This document shows positions 24,144-33,999 of a DNA stretch of 64,000 nucleotides, in pieces. Source of the DNA: Pseudobdellovibrionaceae bacterium. Its GTDB lineage: Bacteria > Bdellovibrionota > Bdellovibrionia > Bdellovibrionales > UBA1609. The stretch lies in contig JAMLIO010000003.1 in NCBI GenBank assembly GCA_023954155.1, forward strand, positions 216,920 through 280,919, read 5' to 3'. How positions within the stretch are numbered: the stretch's first letter is position 1; each line of letters starts with the position of its first letter. The notes below the pieces were generated by a model, which searched no databases, had not been told where the DNA came from, and saw nothing but the letters and a program-made list of their open reading frames with translations. The position numbers and the translations under genes are program-made.

Positions 24144-25241
24144 CTATTCTATCCAAGACTTCCAGTAGTTCGTCACCTCAATGCCGCTCATCTGATCGTC
24201 ACGTTTAAGGGGCCAACGTGAATCAATCATCACCGCATATTCATTGGTCTCTGTTTTGCCATCAATATTTTTACGGGCTTTAGGATGAGGTCCGTGAGGA
24301 AAACCTGCGGGGTGAAAGCTTAACATTCCTGCATGTAGATTATCACGACTGAAAAAATCACCATCGTGATAAAATAAAATTTCATCATAGTCGATGTTCT
24401 GATGATAAAAAGGAACCTTTAGAGCATCTTGATCTGTCTCAAGTGGACGAGGCAAGAAAGAGCATACAATAAAATCACGCGCTACAAATGTAGAGTGAGC
24501 ACTGGGTGGCAAATGCGCACGATGGCTCATCAAGGGCATAATGTCATTCATGCTTAAGGTATAAGGGAATAAATCTCCTTTCCAACCTACAATATCAAAA
24601 ATACCTTCGGTGTATTCAAACTCCGTGAGTTCATCACTGTGTTTCACTTGGATTTTCAAAACATCTCTTTTTGAAGACTCTAACGAGTGATGCAACTTAT
24701 CTAGATCAGGTTTAATGATCGCTTGTGAATCATAAAGAGCATTTCGGCCTGTGATCCCACGCGCAGGCTCCTCGTAGTGGCTGTTACGACTTTCAATGAT
24801 TAAAAACTGGGTGGCCCTTTGAGGAACAAAGTAGTGGGTCAGACATTTAGGAACAACAATGTAAGTCCCCTTTTCATAATTTAATAAACCATACTCAGTC
24901 CAGACTTCGCCTTCACCTTCATGGCAAAAATAAATAGTGTCTCCATCGGCATTTCTAAATGCACTTTCAAAAAATCCTGGCTCCAGTTTGGTGAAGTAAA
25001 TGGTCATAGCTTGGTTATAAAACATGCGATGCCACTTGTTTGCGGCTTTGAGTTCACAAGTGTCAAACATTCTCGGTTTTAAGGGGCCATTGATGTTGAC
25101 CCATCTCGTGCTTGGTTTTTTGCGAATCAAATGTGAAACCAAACCAAAAAAACCTTTCAATCCTTGCTCTTCTTCAAAATGCCCTTCTGGAATGGCTTTA
25201 TGGGCCTGTTTTGTAGGTCGCCCTTGGAAATAATGATGCAT
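24144..25241 (-). CDS. hmgA: Homogentisate 1,2-dioxygenase-like cupin (short form)
   Basis: 365 aa. FYHQNIDYDEILFYHDGDFFSR..SFHPAGFPHGPHP and the N-terminal GFFGLVSHLIRKKPSTRW pattern resemble short HGD-family enzymes. Confidence 0.55.
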   Translation of the reverse strand: MHHYFQGRPTKQAHKAIPEGHFEEEQGLKGFFGLVSHLIRKKPSTRWVNINGPLKPRMFDTCELKAANKWHRMFYNQAMTIYFTKLEPGFFESAFRNADGDTIYFCHEGEGEVWTEYGLLNYEKGTYIVVPKCLTHYFVPQRATQFLIIESRNSHYEEPARGITGRNALYDSQAIIKPDLDKLHHSLESSKRDVLKIQVKHSDELTEFEYTEGIFDIVGWKGDLFPYTLSMNDIMPLMSHRAHLPPSAHSTFVARDFIVCSFLPRPLETDQDALKVPFYHQNIDYDEILFYHDGDFFSRDNLHAGMLSFHPAGFPHGPHPKARKNIDGKTETNEYAVMIDSRWPLKRDDQMSGIEVTNYWKSWIE

Positions 25242-25376
25242 ACTTCACCCCTTTTTGATCCTTCTTTTTAATCATAGAATCTGGCAAAGAACAAGCCGCC
25301 AGCCCGCCCTAGCCTATAGGTAAAGTCATGATATTGTTGGATTTTTTATAAGGACTCAGTTTTTCTTTGCTCTTCC

Positions 25377-27482
25377 ATGCCCTCTAAGATAACTCTTTAT
25401 AAGAACATGGAAAACTTTGACTCCCCATCTTTTTTAAATCGTGAACTGGCTTGGCTCTACTTCAACGACCGCGTGCTGCAACAGGCCGAGGACTCTAAAA
25501 TTCCTCTGCTTGAGCGTCTTCGCTTTTTAGGAATCTTTCATTCCAATCTCGACGAATTCTTTATGAAACGCATCTCTATCCCCAGAGCCGAGGCCATGTA
25601 CCATAAAGATAAAGACAAAACCAACCTTTACCAAGACATTCATAGCATGGTCCAAAAACTCTTTGACCGAGCCAGCACATGCTTTACCAAAGACCTTGTT
25701 CCAGAGCTAAAAAAAGAGCGCGTCGAGTTTTTGAAATGGTCAGACCTCAACCAAACTGAACGCGAAGGATTTACCCGTTACTTTGAAACTCACATTTTAC
25801 CCGCACTCACTCCACTTGCTGTAGATCCAGGGCACCCCTTCCCTCATATCTCAAGCCTTACAACATCTATGGCCTTTAAACTTTATCACCCCAGCACCAA
25901 CACCCATACCTTTGCTCGTGTGAAGGTGCCCACCATGCTGCCAGATTTTTTTCCTGTACCTAGAAAAAATGGACAGCATTGGATTCATGTAAATGAAATC
26001 ATAAGAGAGTTGATCTCAGCACTCTTTCCCATGTCAAAAATTGAATCGACATTATTTTTTCGAGTCACTCGAAATATAGAGTTTGAACGCGAAGAGGAAG
26101 AGGCCACTGACATTTTAGAAATGATCTCTGAAGAGCTTAAAGAAAGACGCTTTGGACACACAGTCAAATTAGAATGTGAACCTCACCCTGATCCATGGAT
26201 TTTAAATGTTTTGAAATCCGAATTGGAAGTGAACGATTTGGACATTTATTATATGCAATCCCCTTTGATCAACTTTCAAGAGCTGGACCATATTTATGAA
26301 GAAGGAAAAGCCAACCTGAAGTTTCCTCCATGGACTCCACTCATACCTCAGCAATTTAAAAATCAACCCAGTTTTTCTGGTGGCCTGTTTAAATTGATTG
26401 ATGAAGGGGACATTTTACTCCACCACCCTTACGAAAACTACACCCATACGGTGGAGCGTTTTATTATTGAAGCCGCTCAAGACCCTGATGTTATTGGAAT
26501 TAAACTTTCTTTATATCGAACCAACAAAGACAGTCGTCTGGTCAAAGCTCTGATCAATGCCACTGAAAACGGTAAAGAAGTCGTGTGCGTGATTGAACTT
26601 AAAGCTCGTTTTGATGAGGCCAATAACATCAGTTGGGCCAATAAACTTGAAGATGCTGGAGCTCATATCATTTATGGTATGGTGGGACTTAAAACCCATT
26701 GTAAAATTGCACTGGTCACCCGAAAAGTGCCACAAGGATTAAAATGTTACGCCCATATTGGCAGTGGGAATTACAACGCCGTCACCTCTGCCTTTTATAC
26801 TGATATCGGTCTGATGACTTCACGGCCTGCCATTACAGATGATGTTGTTCAGGTTTTTAATTATCTTACGGGTAAAACAGAGCCACAAAAATTTAATAAA
26901 CTTTTAGTGGCTCCATTTAATCTTCGTACACAAATTCTAGCTCTCATTCAAAACGAAATTGCGAACCATAAAAAAGGTCTGCCCGCAGGGATCACTGTAA
27001 AACTGAATAATCTAGAAGATAAAAAGATCTCTGAGGCTCTATACTTTGCCGCCTCACAAGGTGTGAAGATCAACCTGGCCGTAAGAAGCATCTGTGTTTT
27101 AAAACCCGAAGATGAACGCGTGAAAAAAAATATTCGTATTATTTCTGTCGTGGACCAATTCTTGGAACATTCTCGAATCTACCACTTTCGTAATGGCCAA
27201 AAGCATGACATTGAGGGACTGTATTATATTGGCTCTGCCGATTGGATGACCCGAAACTTTGATCGCCGAGTCGAAGTGCTCACGCCCATCGAACCTCTAG
27301 AACTTAAAAAAATCTGCCATCAAGTTTTAGAACTGACCTTTGCCGACAACACGCAAAGCTGGGAGATGAAACCCAACGGACAATACTCTCGTATTCGTCG
27401 CGACAAAAAACGCGCTGTTAATTTTCAATTGGAACTTAAACGTTTATACTCTGAACTTTACGGCAACCAAGGAGACGCATGA
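25377..27482 (+). CDS. ppk: Polyphosphate kinase 1
   Basis: 701 aa. FLNRELAWLYFNDRVLQQAED and the tandem PLD-like C-domains are a full-length PPK1 pattern. Confidence 0.95.
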   Translation: MPSKITLYKNMENFDSPSFLNRELAWLYFNDRVLQQAEDSKIPLLERLRFLGIFHSNLDEFFMKRISIPRAEAMYHKDKDKTNLYQDIHSMVQKLFDRASTCFTKDLVPELKKERVEFLKWSDLNQTEREGFTRYFETHILPALTPLAVDPGHPFPHISSLTTSMAFKLYHPSTNTHTFARVKVPTMLPDFFPVPRKNGQHWIHVNEIIRELISALFPMSKIESTLFFRVTRNIEFEREEEEATDILEMISEELKERRFGHTVKLECEPHPDPWILNVLKSELEVNDLDIYYMQSPLINFQELDHIYEEGKANLKFPPWTPLIPQQFKNQPSFSGGLFKLIDEGDILLHHPYENYTHTVERFIIEAAQDPDVIGIKLSLYRTNKDSRLVKALINATENGKEVVCVIELKARFDEANNISWANKLEDAGAHIIYGMVGLKTHCKIALVTRKVPQGLKCYAHIGSGNYNAVTSAFYTDIGLMTSRPAITDDVVQVFNYLTGKTEPQKFNKLLVAPFNLRTQILALIQNEIANHKKGLPAGITVKLNNLEDKKISEALYFAASQGVKINLAVRSICVLKPEDERVKKNIRIISVVDQFLEHSRIYHFRNGQKHDIEGLYYIGSADWMTRNFDRRVEVLTPIEPLELKKICHQVLELTFADNTQSWEMKPNGQYSRIRRDKKRAVNFQLELKRLYSELYGNQGDA

Positions 27483-28402
27483 TTTTAGCTGCCATTGATA
27501 TAGGTTCTAATGCCATTAGAGCCGTTCTAGTCAAAGACAAGATGCTCGACTCAAATGACAAACAGAACCTTATCATCAAAAAACGGTTTTCCCTTCGTCT
27601 GGGCACAGATGTTTTTCAAACTGGATACATCAGCGACGAAAAAAAACAGCAGCTATTTTTAGTATTTAAGGAGATAAAAAACTACTTTTACCAGTACAAA
27701 GTCTCTGATTACAAAATAAATGCGACCAGCGCCTTTCGAGATGCTAAAAATGGAAAAGCCATTGCACAAGAAATCAAACGAGAATTTGGACTTAAGGTCG
27801 ATATTATTGATGGTTCCGAAGAAGCTCGCATCATCTGCCAAAGTCTCTTAAGAAGAAACCTGATCCCTAATAACAAATCCACTTTGCTTATGGACATTGG
27901 CGGAGGAAGTTTAGAAATTTCTATTCTCTCTGAAGGTAAGCTGACTTTTTCTAAAAGCGTTAACGTAGGAACCTTAAGGTTTATTAACGATATCCTATCT
28001 GGACAGTTAACTCGAGATTATTTCAAACAGTTAGATTTGATTGATGAGATCTTTATTGATTCCCCTCGCCCAAAAGGCAATTGTATTATTTTAGGTACTG
28101 GAGGAAATTTTAGACGCATCCAAAGAGTGAAATCCGTACTCCTAGATAAACCCAATGAGGCCGCAATCAAAAGAGAAGAGGTCCCAGTGCTTATTGGCAT
28201 GCTTATGGATATTCATCTTCATTCTTATGCCAAGGTTTTAAAAATTAAACACGAACACTCTTCTTTGGTGATTCCTGCTCTTTTGATCATCCAACGGCTT
28301 ATGCACTACTGGCCCGCTAGCGAAGTGATCGTTCCCAAAATCAGTTTAAATCATGGAATCATCGACGAACTTTTGATTAAGCATCGCTTACTTAAATCCT
28401 AA
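27479..28402 (+). CDS. ppx: Exopolyphosphatase (Ppx/GppA family)
   Basis: 307 aa with AAIDIGSNAIR, DIGGGSLE and GTGGNFR. An ATGA start/stop overlap with ppk suggests coupling. Confidence 0.85.
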   Translation: MILAAIDIGSNAIRAVLVKDKMLDSNDKQNLIIKKRFSLRLGTDVFQTGYISDEKKQQLFLVFKEIKNYFYQYKVSDYKINATSAFRDAKNGKAIAQEIKREFGLKVDIIDGSEEARIICQSLLRRNLIPNNKSTLLMDIGGGSLEISILSEGKLTFSKSVNVGTLRFINDILSGQLTRDYFKQLDLIDEIFIDSPRPKGNCIILGTGGNFRRIQRVKSVLLDKPNEAAIKREEVPVLIGMLMDIHLHSYAKVLKIKHEHSSLVIPALLIIQRLMHYWPASEVIVPKISLNHGIIDELLIKHRLLKS

Positions 28403-28535
28403 ACATCTTCCCTCAGATATTCCATATTTTGCATTGGCAATACTAATTCAGAAATTTCTGACCAGTATTCTCCATCTTCTCGATTACACTCGGGATATTA
28501 TTCAGATATTTATTCTGGTGCTAGAAACTCAGGCC

Positions 28536-29150
28536 TTAGAGTGTTGTGGGGTAGCTGATCGCGCCTACTAAATCATGCTGCTGATCCATAAAGGCAAAAG
28601 TTTTAATGGCCTGTTTTTTATAGTGGCTTAAAACCTTATAGTAAAATACCCCTTCGCTGAGATGCACCTCTTGATTTGAAATTTCTAAGGACGTGATCTT
28701 CTCTATGGTTTTAAGTTTAATTTCGGTGATTTGTCCTTCAGTCTTTCTTAGAGCCTTGTACGCAGACTCTTTGGTACTCCAAAAGATCGCACGATCTTCG
28801 ATATAGTCTTCCAGTAATGCCAGCTCTGTTTCATCGCAGGTGCGTTTGACTAGAGGATGACTGACACGTTTCCACTGCTCGAGATCAAACCCAATTGGGC
28901 GATCACTCACCACATAGCCCCCATACACAGGGCAATGACTGATGGACACATTTTGACCTAAATTTTTAGGCACTTCATCAAGGTTCAATAAAGCAGGATG
29001 CTGAAAACGTTTATATAAGTCTTTTCGCAATAACAAACGATTATCTGTATAAATAGAACTCCATTTCCTTTCAATTTTTAAGGACAAACTGGGGTCTTGG
29101 GTCTCTGTGATCCATTTGCAAAACATCTCTGTGACTTCTGACACTTCCAT
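28536..29150 (-). CDS. 4'-phosphopantetheinyl transferase superfamily protein
   Basis: 204 aa with SISHCP..GGYVVS, FDLEQ and WSTKESAYKAL (the W..KE..K motif). Confidence 0.6.
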   Translation of the reverse strand: MEVSEVTEMFCKWITETQDPSLSLKIERKWSSIYTDNRLLLRKDLYKRFQHPALLNLDEVPKNLGQNVSISHCPVYGGYVVSDRPIGFDLEQWKRVSHPLVKRTCDETELALLEDYIEDRAIFWSTKESAYKALRKTEGQITEIKLKTIEKITSLEISNQEVHLSEGVFYYKVLSHYKKQAIKTFAFMDQQHDLVGAISYPTTL

Positions 29151-29154
29151 GATC

Positions 29155-30135
29155 TTACCTTAAATTTGGAGATATAAATCTCTCTGGCCAGGTCACGGGT
29201 TTTCCATCTGTGATCTTCATCATCCGATCTAAAGAAAGCAAAGCCAACTCGTAGAGTTCAGGTTTGATTGCAATCTGCGGCTTTAAATCGCGCAGGCAAT
29301 TTCTAATTTTTTCTAAAGTGTTGAGTTTCATATAAGGACATTCATTGCACGCGCAATGGCCTTGAAAAGGGGCTTGGATCAGTTCTGCCTGTGGGCTTTG
29401 CTTTTGCATCTCGTGAAAGATTCCCACCTCAGTGGCAATAATGAACTTCCCGTTGGGATTATTTTTTACCTCTTGTAAAATGCGTGATGTAGAACCAATC
29501 ACATCTGCATGCAACAGCACTTGCTCATCACACTCTGGATGTGCCAGCACAAGAGCGTCGGGATGTTCAGCTTTAAGTTCAAAAAGTTTTTGCGCTGAAA
29601 AAAGCACATGCACCTGACAAGTCCCAGGCCACAAAACCATGTCTCGCCCTGTTTTTCTTTGTAAGTAGCCACCTAAGTTACGGTCAGGGCCAAATAAAAT
29701 TTGGCGGTCTTTGGGAATAGCCGCAATGATTTTTTCTGCATTACTTGAAGTGCACACTACATCACTTAGGGCTTTCACCTCAGCACTGCAATTCACATAA
29801 GACACACAAATGGCTTCAGGATGATCTTCACGCCACTTTTGATAGTCTTTATAAGGGGAGGAGTCTACAAGAGAGCATCCCGCATTCATATCTGGCACGA
29901 GTACAGCCTTTTCTGGAGACAGCAGCTTCACGCTTTCTGCCATAAAGGTCACACCCGCCATAACTACAACAGGATTGTCTATTTTTTTTCCTATCTGTGC
30001 CAGAAAAAGGCTGTCCCCAATATGATCAGCAATGTCTTGAATGTCGCCCTCTTCATAGTAGTGGCATAAAATGGCCGCATTATGTTTTTCCCGAAGTTCA
30101 TTTATTTCTGCAACGAGTTCGGTTTTAAGTGCCAT
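29155..30135 (-). CDS. nadA: Quinolinate synthase
   Basis: 326 aa. AILCHYYEEGDIQDIADHIGDSL, VMAGVTFMAES and the conserved Cys pattern are present. Confidence 0.9.
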   Translation of the reverse strand: MALKTELVAEINELREKHNAAILCHYYEEGDIQDIADHIGDSLFLAQIGKKIDNPVVVMAGVTFMAESVKLLSPEKAVLVPDMNAGCSLVDSSPYKDYQKWREDHPEAICVSYVNCSAEVKALSDVVCTSSNAEKIIAAIPKDRQILFGPDRNLGGYLQRKTGRDMVLWPGTCQVHVLFSAQKLFELKAEHPDALVLAHPECDEQVLLHADVIGSTSRILQEVKNNPNGKFIIATEVGIFHEMQKQSPQAELIQAPFQGHCACNECPYMKLNTLEKIRNCLRDLKPQIAIKPELYELALLSLDRMMKITDGKPVTWPERFISPNLR

Positions 30136-30137
30136 CC

Positions 30138-30728
30138 CTATATCCGTCCACTTTTTAAAGAAGCGATAATAGATTTTGAAACTGTTTTTAAAGATTCAAA
30201 AACCCCAACCCCAATATGGGCTTGTGCTTCGAAATCAGGGCAACCATATTTATTTAACTTCAATTTAAGTTCTCGTAAATCTTCTGCCGTGGGAAGGTCA
30301 CGCTTATTGTATTGGATGACCATGGGAACTTTACGAATGTCCACCCCTTGTTGAGCCAAATTCTTCTGTAAGCTTTGCATGGAAGCCATATTTTCTTCCA
30401 TACGCTCAGCCTGAGAGTCTGCCACAAAAATGACTCCATCTAGGCCCTTAAGGATCAAACGACGACTGGCCTCATAAACCACCTGTCCTGGGACCGTATA
30501 AAGATGCAGGCGCAACTTATAACCACGAATGGTTCCGATCTCTATAGGAAGAAAGTCAAAAAACAAAGTCCGTTCTGTGGATGTAGGAAGCGTAAAAAGT
30601 TCCGATTTATTTTTGCCTTGAATCTCCTGATAGATCCACTGCATATTTGTGGTTTTGCCAGAAAGAGACGGACCGTAGTACACGATCTTGCAGTGAATCT
30701 CTTTTGTGTTCAAGTTTACAAATGACAT
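30138..30728 (-). CDS. mglA: MglA-type Ras-like small GTPase (gliding/polarity GTPase)
   Basis: 196 aa. KIVYYGPSLSGKTTN (P-loop), HLYTVPGQ (switch II) and QYNKRD (NKxD) are present. Confidence 0.85.
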   Translation of the reverse strand: MSFVNLNTKEIHCKIVYYGPSLSGKTTNMQWIYQEIQGKNKSELFTLPTSTERTLFFDFLPIEIGTIRGYKLRLHLYTVPGQVVYEASRRLILKGLDGVIFVADSQAERMEENMASMQSLQKNLAQQGVDIRKVPMVIQYNKRDLPTAEDLRELKLKLNKYGCPDFEAQAHIGVGVFESLKTVSKSIIASLKSGRI

Positions 30729-30759
30729 CGTTGTATTTTACCCTTTTCTAATGTTCCAC

Positions 30760-31374
30760 TTAGTAGCGAATACGGTTTTGCAAAGCTCGTCCTAAAGTTC
30801 GATGGTCGACAAAGTCTAAGTCACCACCGATGGGTACCCCTTGTGCTAAACGTGAAACCTTAGCTCCTCTTTTAACCAACTCTTTAGATAAATACAAAGA
30901 CGTTGTGTCTCCCTCAAGGTCGGCGTCTAAAGCCAAGATCACCTCAAGGTCTTTTTCTCCCTGATCCATCAAATCAGAAACTTTGAATAATAATTCCGCA
31001 ATTTTAATTTGCTCAGGTCCAATGCCTTCCAGTGGAGCAATCACTCCATGCAAAACATGGTAAGAGCCATTAAAAACACCACTGGACTCGATACGATCAA
31101 TGTCCATAGGACTTTCTACGACACATATTAAATTTTTCTGGCGGTCAGGCTGCTGGCAATAGTAGCACAGGTCCTCTTCCGTATAAGCGTAACAATGAGA
31201 GCAAAGATGGATCTTTTCTTTGATGTCCTTTAAGGCCTCACGTAAAGACCCAATCTCTTCATCGTTAAACTTTAAAAAACTAATAGCCATCCTTTGTGCA
31301 GATTTAGGGCCTACACCAGGAAGTTTTGCCAATTCTTGAATGAGTTTCTGCAAAGATGGAACTTTTAAAGACAT
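30760..31374 (-). CDS. recR: Recombination protein RecR
   Basis: 204 aa with an HhH region (LPGVGPKSAQR), a C4 zinc finger (CSHC..CYYC) and a Toprim domain. Confidence 0.95.
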   Translation of the reverse strand: MSLKVPSLQKLIQELAKLPGVGPKSAQRMAISFLKFNDEEIGSLREALKDIKEKIHLCSHCYAYTEEDLCYYCQQPDRQKNLICVVESPMDIDRIESSGVFNGSYHVLHGVIAPLEGIGPEQIKIAELLFKVSDLMDQGEKDLEVILALDADLEGDTTSLYLSKELVKRGAKVSRLAQGVPIGGDLDFVDHRTLGRALQNRIRY

Positions 31375-31377
31375 GAA

Positions 31378-31695
31378 CTACATTCCTGGAATGCTTAAGC
31401 CACCAGTCAGTTTATCAGATGCCTTTTGATATTCATCTTTAGCGGTTTTTAAGGCTTCATTCGTGGCGCTGACAATCATGTCTTGAAGCATCTCTGCATC
31501 ACCTGCTTCAAAAACATCTTTGTTGATCTTAACTTCTTTGACCAGACTATTGCCACTGACAATCACTTCAACAGCTCCGCCGCCTGACGTGGCCGAAAAT
31601 TCTTTAGTCGCAAATTCCTCTTGTAGCTTCTTCATGCGATTTTGCAGTTGATTAGCCTGTTTCATAAGCTGCTGCATTCCACCGAAACCTTTCAT
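31378..31695 (-). CDS. ybaB: YbaB/EbfC-family nucleoid-associated protein
   Basis: 105 aa. MQQLMKQANQLQNRMKKLQEE... sits in the conserved dnaX-ybaB-recR synteny. Confidence 0.9.
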   Translation of the reverse strand: MKGFGGMQQLMKQANQLQNRMKKLQEEFATKEFSATSGGGAVEVIVSGNSLVKEVKINKDVFEAGDAEMLQDMIVSATNEALKTAKDEYQKASDKLTGGLSIPGM

Positions 31696-33635
31696 GATTC
31701 ATACTCCTTCACTGATATGATTTCTACATTCTTAAATGTCTTTTTTAGATTTTGGACCACTTCACTCTCTTCCACTTGACGTCGAATGGCCTCTTCCTGT
31801 TTGCGCTTTAACTCAGCGGTCTCTTTAGCCAATGTACTCACCGTAACAGATGACTCTTTCGGTTGGGTTGGCACAACCTGTCCTTGTTGCTTTGCTATCA
31901 ATTCACTGTCGGCGATGATTTTAAACTGATAACTTGGACCCAAGAAGGTGCGCACATAATTGCTGACTAGTTTTTGAAATTCAGCCTTTGCAATATCCTC
32001 TTGAATAAATGTTAATTTTTCTGGTGCAGAAATTTCGATGGAATCTTCAGACAAAAGGTAGTGACAGTTCTTAAGAACTTCCCCCACTTTGACATTCAAT
32101 CTTTGAATCTTTTCAACAAAGCCATTCCATTTCTTCTGCTCTTCTGTCGCCTGAGGCATGATGGTTTGCACACCTTTAGTCACTTCCACAGCCGAACCTA
32201 TGTGTCCTTTTGGAGCGTAAGCCTCGTGCTGTCTGGGCATCTCCGTCATTTCAGTATTTGCAAATACTCTTGATACAGATGTCGTTTTGGGCCTTGCGGG
32301 CTTTTTTGAAGCGTGAGGAGATCCTGAGGGTGCAGATGACTGCGGTTGAGAGGCTAAAGCGATTCTTTTAGTCTCAACTTTAAGCTTCAACGCTGCCTCT
32401 TGACGGTAAGTCACCTTGCCTGATGCTGTTCCACCCTCAGTGACAGAGGCTACCGCTGTCGACATAGGTGACGACACACCTGATACCGATGGCGCACCTA
32501 AAGCCTGCCCCGTGGGACTTGAAAACATTTTATCTACATCAACGACTTGTCTATATAAACACAGTTTCAGTACACCCACCTCTAAGACCGTCTTTTGGTC
32601 TTGAGTACGGTACAAGTCTTGAGTCAGCTTTAACATCATATCAAACAACAAATGAATGTGCGCCTCTGAAATGTTTTGAGCCAACTTAGTCAGAATTTCT
32701 ATTTCCGCTTCGGGCAGGTCCACATAATTTTTTGCAGCCTTTGATGTCTTCACAATCAATAAGTTTTTAAATTCTTCTAATACATCTTCGGCTACGATAT
32801 TGATATCCGTACCTGAACTGAAAATGCTCTCCAAAGCGCCCATCACTGTGTCTGTCGAGCCACCCACTACACTCTCTAAAATCTGAGTCAACAAACGTCG
32901 GTCCGTAAGCCCCAAAGACTCTCTGACATTGTCATAGGTGAGATTCTTATTGGAGTAAGTGATGACCTGATCTAAAAAGCTCAGACTGTCACGCACAGAC
33001 CCCTGTCCTTGACGAGCAATCGACCAAAGAGCTTCTTTTTCAAAACTCACTCCCTCTTCGGTGCAAATTCTTTCTAAATATTCTGCCATGTCTTGAATGG
33101 AGATCTTACGAAAATCAAAACGATGACAGCGCGACAGAATGGTCTTTGGGATTTTGTGAACCTCTGTTGTCGCTAAGATAAAAACCACATGATCTGGTGG
33201 CTCTTCTAAAGTTTTAAGTAAGGCATTAAAGGCACTGATAGACAGCATGTGCACTTCGTCGATGATGTAAACTTTTTTATCCCCAGAAGAGGGGCGAAAG
33301 CTGACTGAGTCACGCAGTTCACGAATGGAATCCACACCATTGTTACTGGCTCCGTCAATTTCGATCACATCCAAACTTCGACCCGCAGAAATGTCCACAC
33401 AGTCACTGCACGTGCCACAAGGAACAAAATCCTTGAGGTGAGAACATCGCAAAGACTTCGCCAAAATCCTAGCTGTCGAGGTTTTGCCCGTTCCGCGAGG
33501 TCCCGTAAAAAGAATAGCCTGCGGTAAACGCCCTGACTTCAGAGCATTTTGTAGGGTCTGGCTGATATGCTTTTGCCCTATCATATTTTGGAAGTTTTGC
33601 GGCCTCCATTTAAGGGCGATCACCTGATATGACAT
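31692..33635 (-). CDS. dnaX: DNA polymerase III subunit tau (and possibly gamma)
   Basis: 647 aa with GPRGTGKTS, a Zn module (CGTCSDC) and DEVHML. An in-frame A-AAA-AAG lies at codons 443-445 (32307-32301). Confidence 0.95.
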   Translation of the reverse strand: MSYQVIALKWRPQNFQNMIGQKHISQTLQNALKSGRLPQAILFTGPRGTGKTSTARILAKSLRCSHLKDFVPCGTCSDCVDISAGRSLDVIEIDGASNNGVDSIRELRDSVSFRPSSGDKKVYIIDEVHMLSISAFNALLKTLEEPPDHVVFILATTEVHKIPKTILSRCHRFDFRKISIQDMAEYLERICTEEGVSFEKEALWSIARQGQGSVRDSLSFLDQVITYSNKNLTYDNVRESLGLTDRRLLTQILESVVGGSTDTVMGALESIFSSGTDINIVAEDVLEEFKNLLIVKTSKAAKNYVDLPEAEIEILTKLAQNISEAHIHLLFDMMLKLTQDLYRTQDQKTVLEVGVLKLCLYRQVVDVDKMFSSPTGQALGAPSVSGVSSPMSTAVASVTEGGTASGKVTYRQEAALKLKVETKRIALASQPQSSAPSGSPHASKKPARPKTTSVSRVFANTEMTEMPRQHEAYAPKGHIGSAVEVTKGVQTIMPQATEEQKKWNGFVEKIQRLNVKVGEVLKNCHYLLSEDSIEISAPEKLTFIQEDIAKAEFQKLVSNYVRTFLGPSYQFKIIADSELIAKQQGQVVPTQPKESSVTVSTLAKETAELKRKQEEAIRRQVEESEVVQNLKKTFKNVEIISVKEYES

Positions 33636-33721
33636 AGACGTAAAGTTATACCTAAAAAGTCTGTTGTGCGCACGATATTAAGCCGCATCACTAAAGATAA
33701 ATCCCGATATTTGCACAAAAA

Positions 33722-33824
33722 AATACCAGGCACCCCACGTCACATAAATTCAAGGCGACCGCTGCTTCCTTCCGGACCTGACGGGGTTAGCCAAGACTTT
33801 ATTGCGTGGGACCTGGCAAGAGCA
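33722..33824 (-). ncRNA. ffs: Signal recognition particle RNA (small 4.5S type)
   Basis: The minus strand reads ...CCAGGTCCCACG...GTCAGGTCCGGAAGGAAGCAGC...CGTGGGGTGCCTGG followed by a T-run. The universally conserved domain IV motif is present, the 5'/3' arms are complementary, and it sits in the classic position upstream of dnaX. Ends are +/-10 nt. Confidence 0.85.
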
Positions 33825-33999
33825 ATCTAGACGATACAAGGCGAAAGAACAAGGCTGAGGCAGAATGACCAAATTCGTTTTTTGCTACGCATTATCTCCA
33901 TGAAATCTCTGATTATTTATTCAACATAAATTTTTAAACCGAGCGCATTATCCTGCCTTTGGTTTTGCACCCTTCTTCAGAGCAGACTAAAATGTTCTT

